Assembly (NCBI GenBank): GCA_030141605.1
Contig: JAQGDQ010000647.1
Coordinates: 19,108 to 83,107 of the forward strand
DNA: 64,000 nt
Reading direction: 5' to 3'
Source of the DNA: Tubiluchus corallicola
Lineage: Eukaryota > Animalia > Priapulida
Position numbers and translations under genes: made by a program. This document shows positions 63,160 through 64,000 of this stretch, in pieces. Position 1 is the stretch's first letter; each line of letters opens with the position of its first letter. Under the pieces are notes generated by a model. That model did not search any database. It had not been told where the DNA came from and worked only from the letters and a program-made list of their open reading frames with translations.

Positions 63160-63680
63160 TTCGTTACAGGTATCATCGTCATAGCAATCATGACGGTTAC
63201 CATTGTAGTCATCGTCATCGTCATCGTCATCATCATTGTTATCATCATCATCATCATCATAGTCATGGGTATCGTGATCGTCATCGCCATCATCTTCATT
63301 GTCATTGTCATCGCCATCATCTTCATCGTCATCGTCCTCGTCATCATCATCATTGTCATCATCATCATCATCATCATAGTCGTCGGTATCGTGATCGTCA
63401 TCGCCATCGTCATCAGCATCAGCAGCAGCATCGTCATCGTCATCGTTAACATCTTCTTCATTGTCATCGTCTTCGTCGTCATCGTCGCCGTCATCTTCAT
63501 CACAATCATGATCATTATCATCAGCGTCATCACCATTTTTATTTGCTTGGCCAATTATCATTATTGTCATCACTGTTGTCTTTCTAACTGCCACCACCAT
63601 CACTAACAAAACAACAATCATCATCTTCATTTTTATTAGCTTGCCCATTAGCATTATTGTCATCGGTGTTGTTGTCATTT
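63160..63680. repeat. (ATC/GTC)n degenerate trinucleotide repeat
   Basis: Direct reading; explains the poly-D, poly-M and poly-I ORFs. Confidence 0.93.
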
Positions 63681-64000
63681 AGCTGTCACTGCTACAACTA
63701 ACCACGCAAGCATCGAATATCATAATTGAGTAAAGACCGTAATAATATTACTTCGATTTTCCATCATTGCAACCGCAATCTGGCCAACAGCAGCTGTGCC
63801 ACCAGCTTGACGATGAGCGAGGTGCCAGTCTCGCCACACTATCGACGAGTGCTGGGTACTAACGTGTAACGCGCGGAAGTGCGTAAAAGACGTTGAAAAG
63901 ACTATAGGATATACAAGGGCCTTTCCCTGTACGTGAGAGCTCTACCCCCTTATATTTGTATTTTATCCCTGGTAAATAAATCCATGAAAAATAATGATCG

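Noticed and set aside
62979-63678. Poly-Met, poly-Asp and poly-Ile ORFs
   Set aside because: Trinucleotide low-complexity DNA; only 63047-63107 is a real exon, bounded by AG/GT.
63111-64000. Arrestin N-terminal exons (start Met; VFKK.SPNGK-type)
   Set aside because: No matching sequence found; presumably beyond the window.

Overview
AT-rich, repeat-dense animal (probably marine invertebrate) nuclear DNA. The only real protein-coding gene I can support is a beta-arrestin (ARRB/kurtz-like) on the minus strand. Eleven coding exons (63047-63107 down to the TAG at 12410-12412) splice in frame to 402 aa over about 50.7 kb; the first ~17 residues should lie beyond the window end. Almost all long ORFs in the track are artefacts of tandem minisatellites (77, 56, 41, 50/52, 27, 132, 51, 23, 42, 144, 48 bp units). 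Introns and flanks are packed with non-autonomous DNA transposons (Kolobok-like, hAT, Tigger/pogo, piggyBac-like) and LINE 3' fragments. Most notable: a 5S rRNA-headed SINE with an RTE-like body and tail; two degenerate Penelope-type minimal hammerhead motifs; two hAT MITE copies with essentially the same 8-bp target; minisatellites visibly born from transposon sequence; and a 5.4-kb intronic array that reads as ~200 decoy 3' splice sites.
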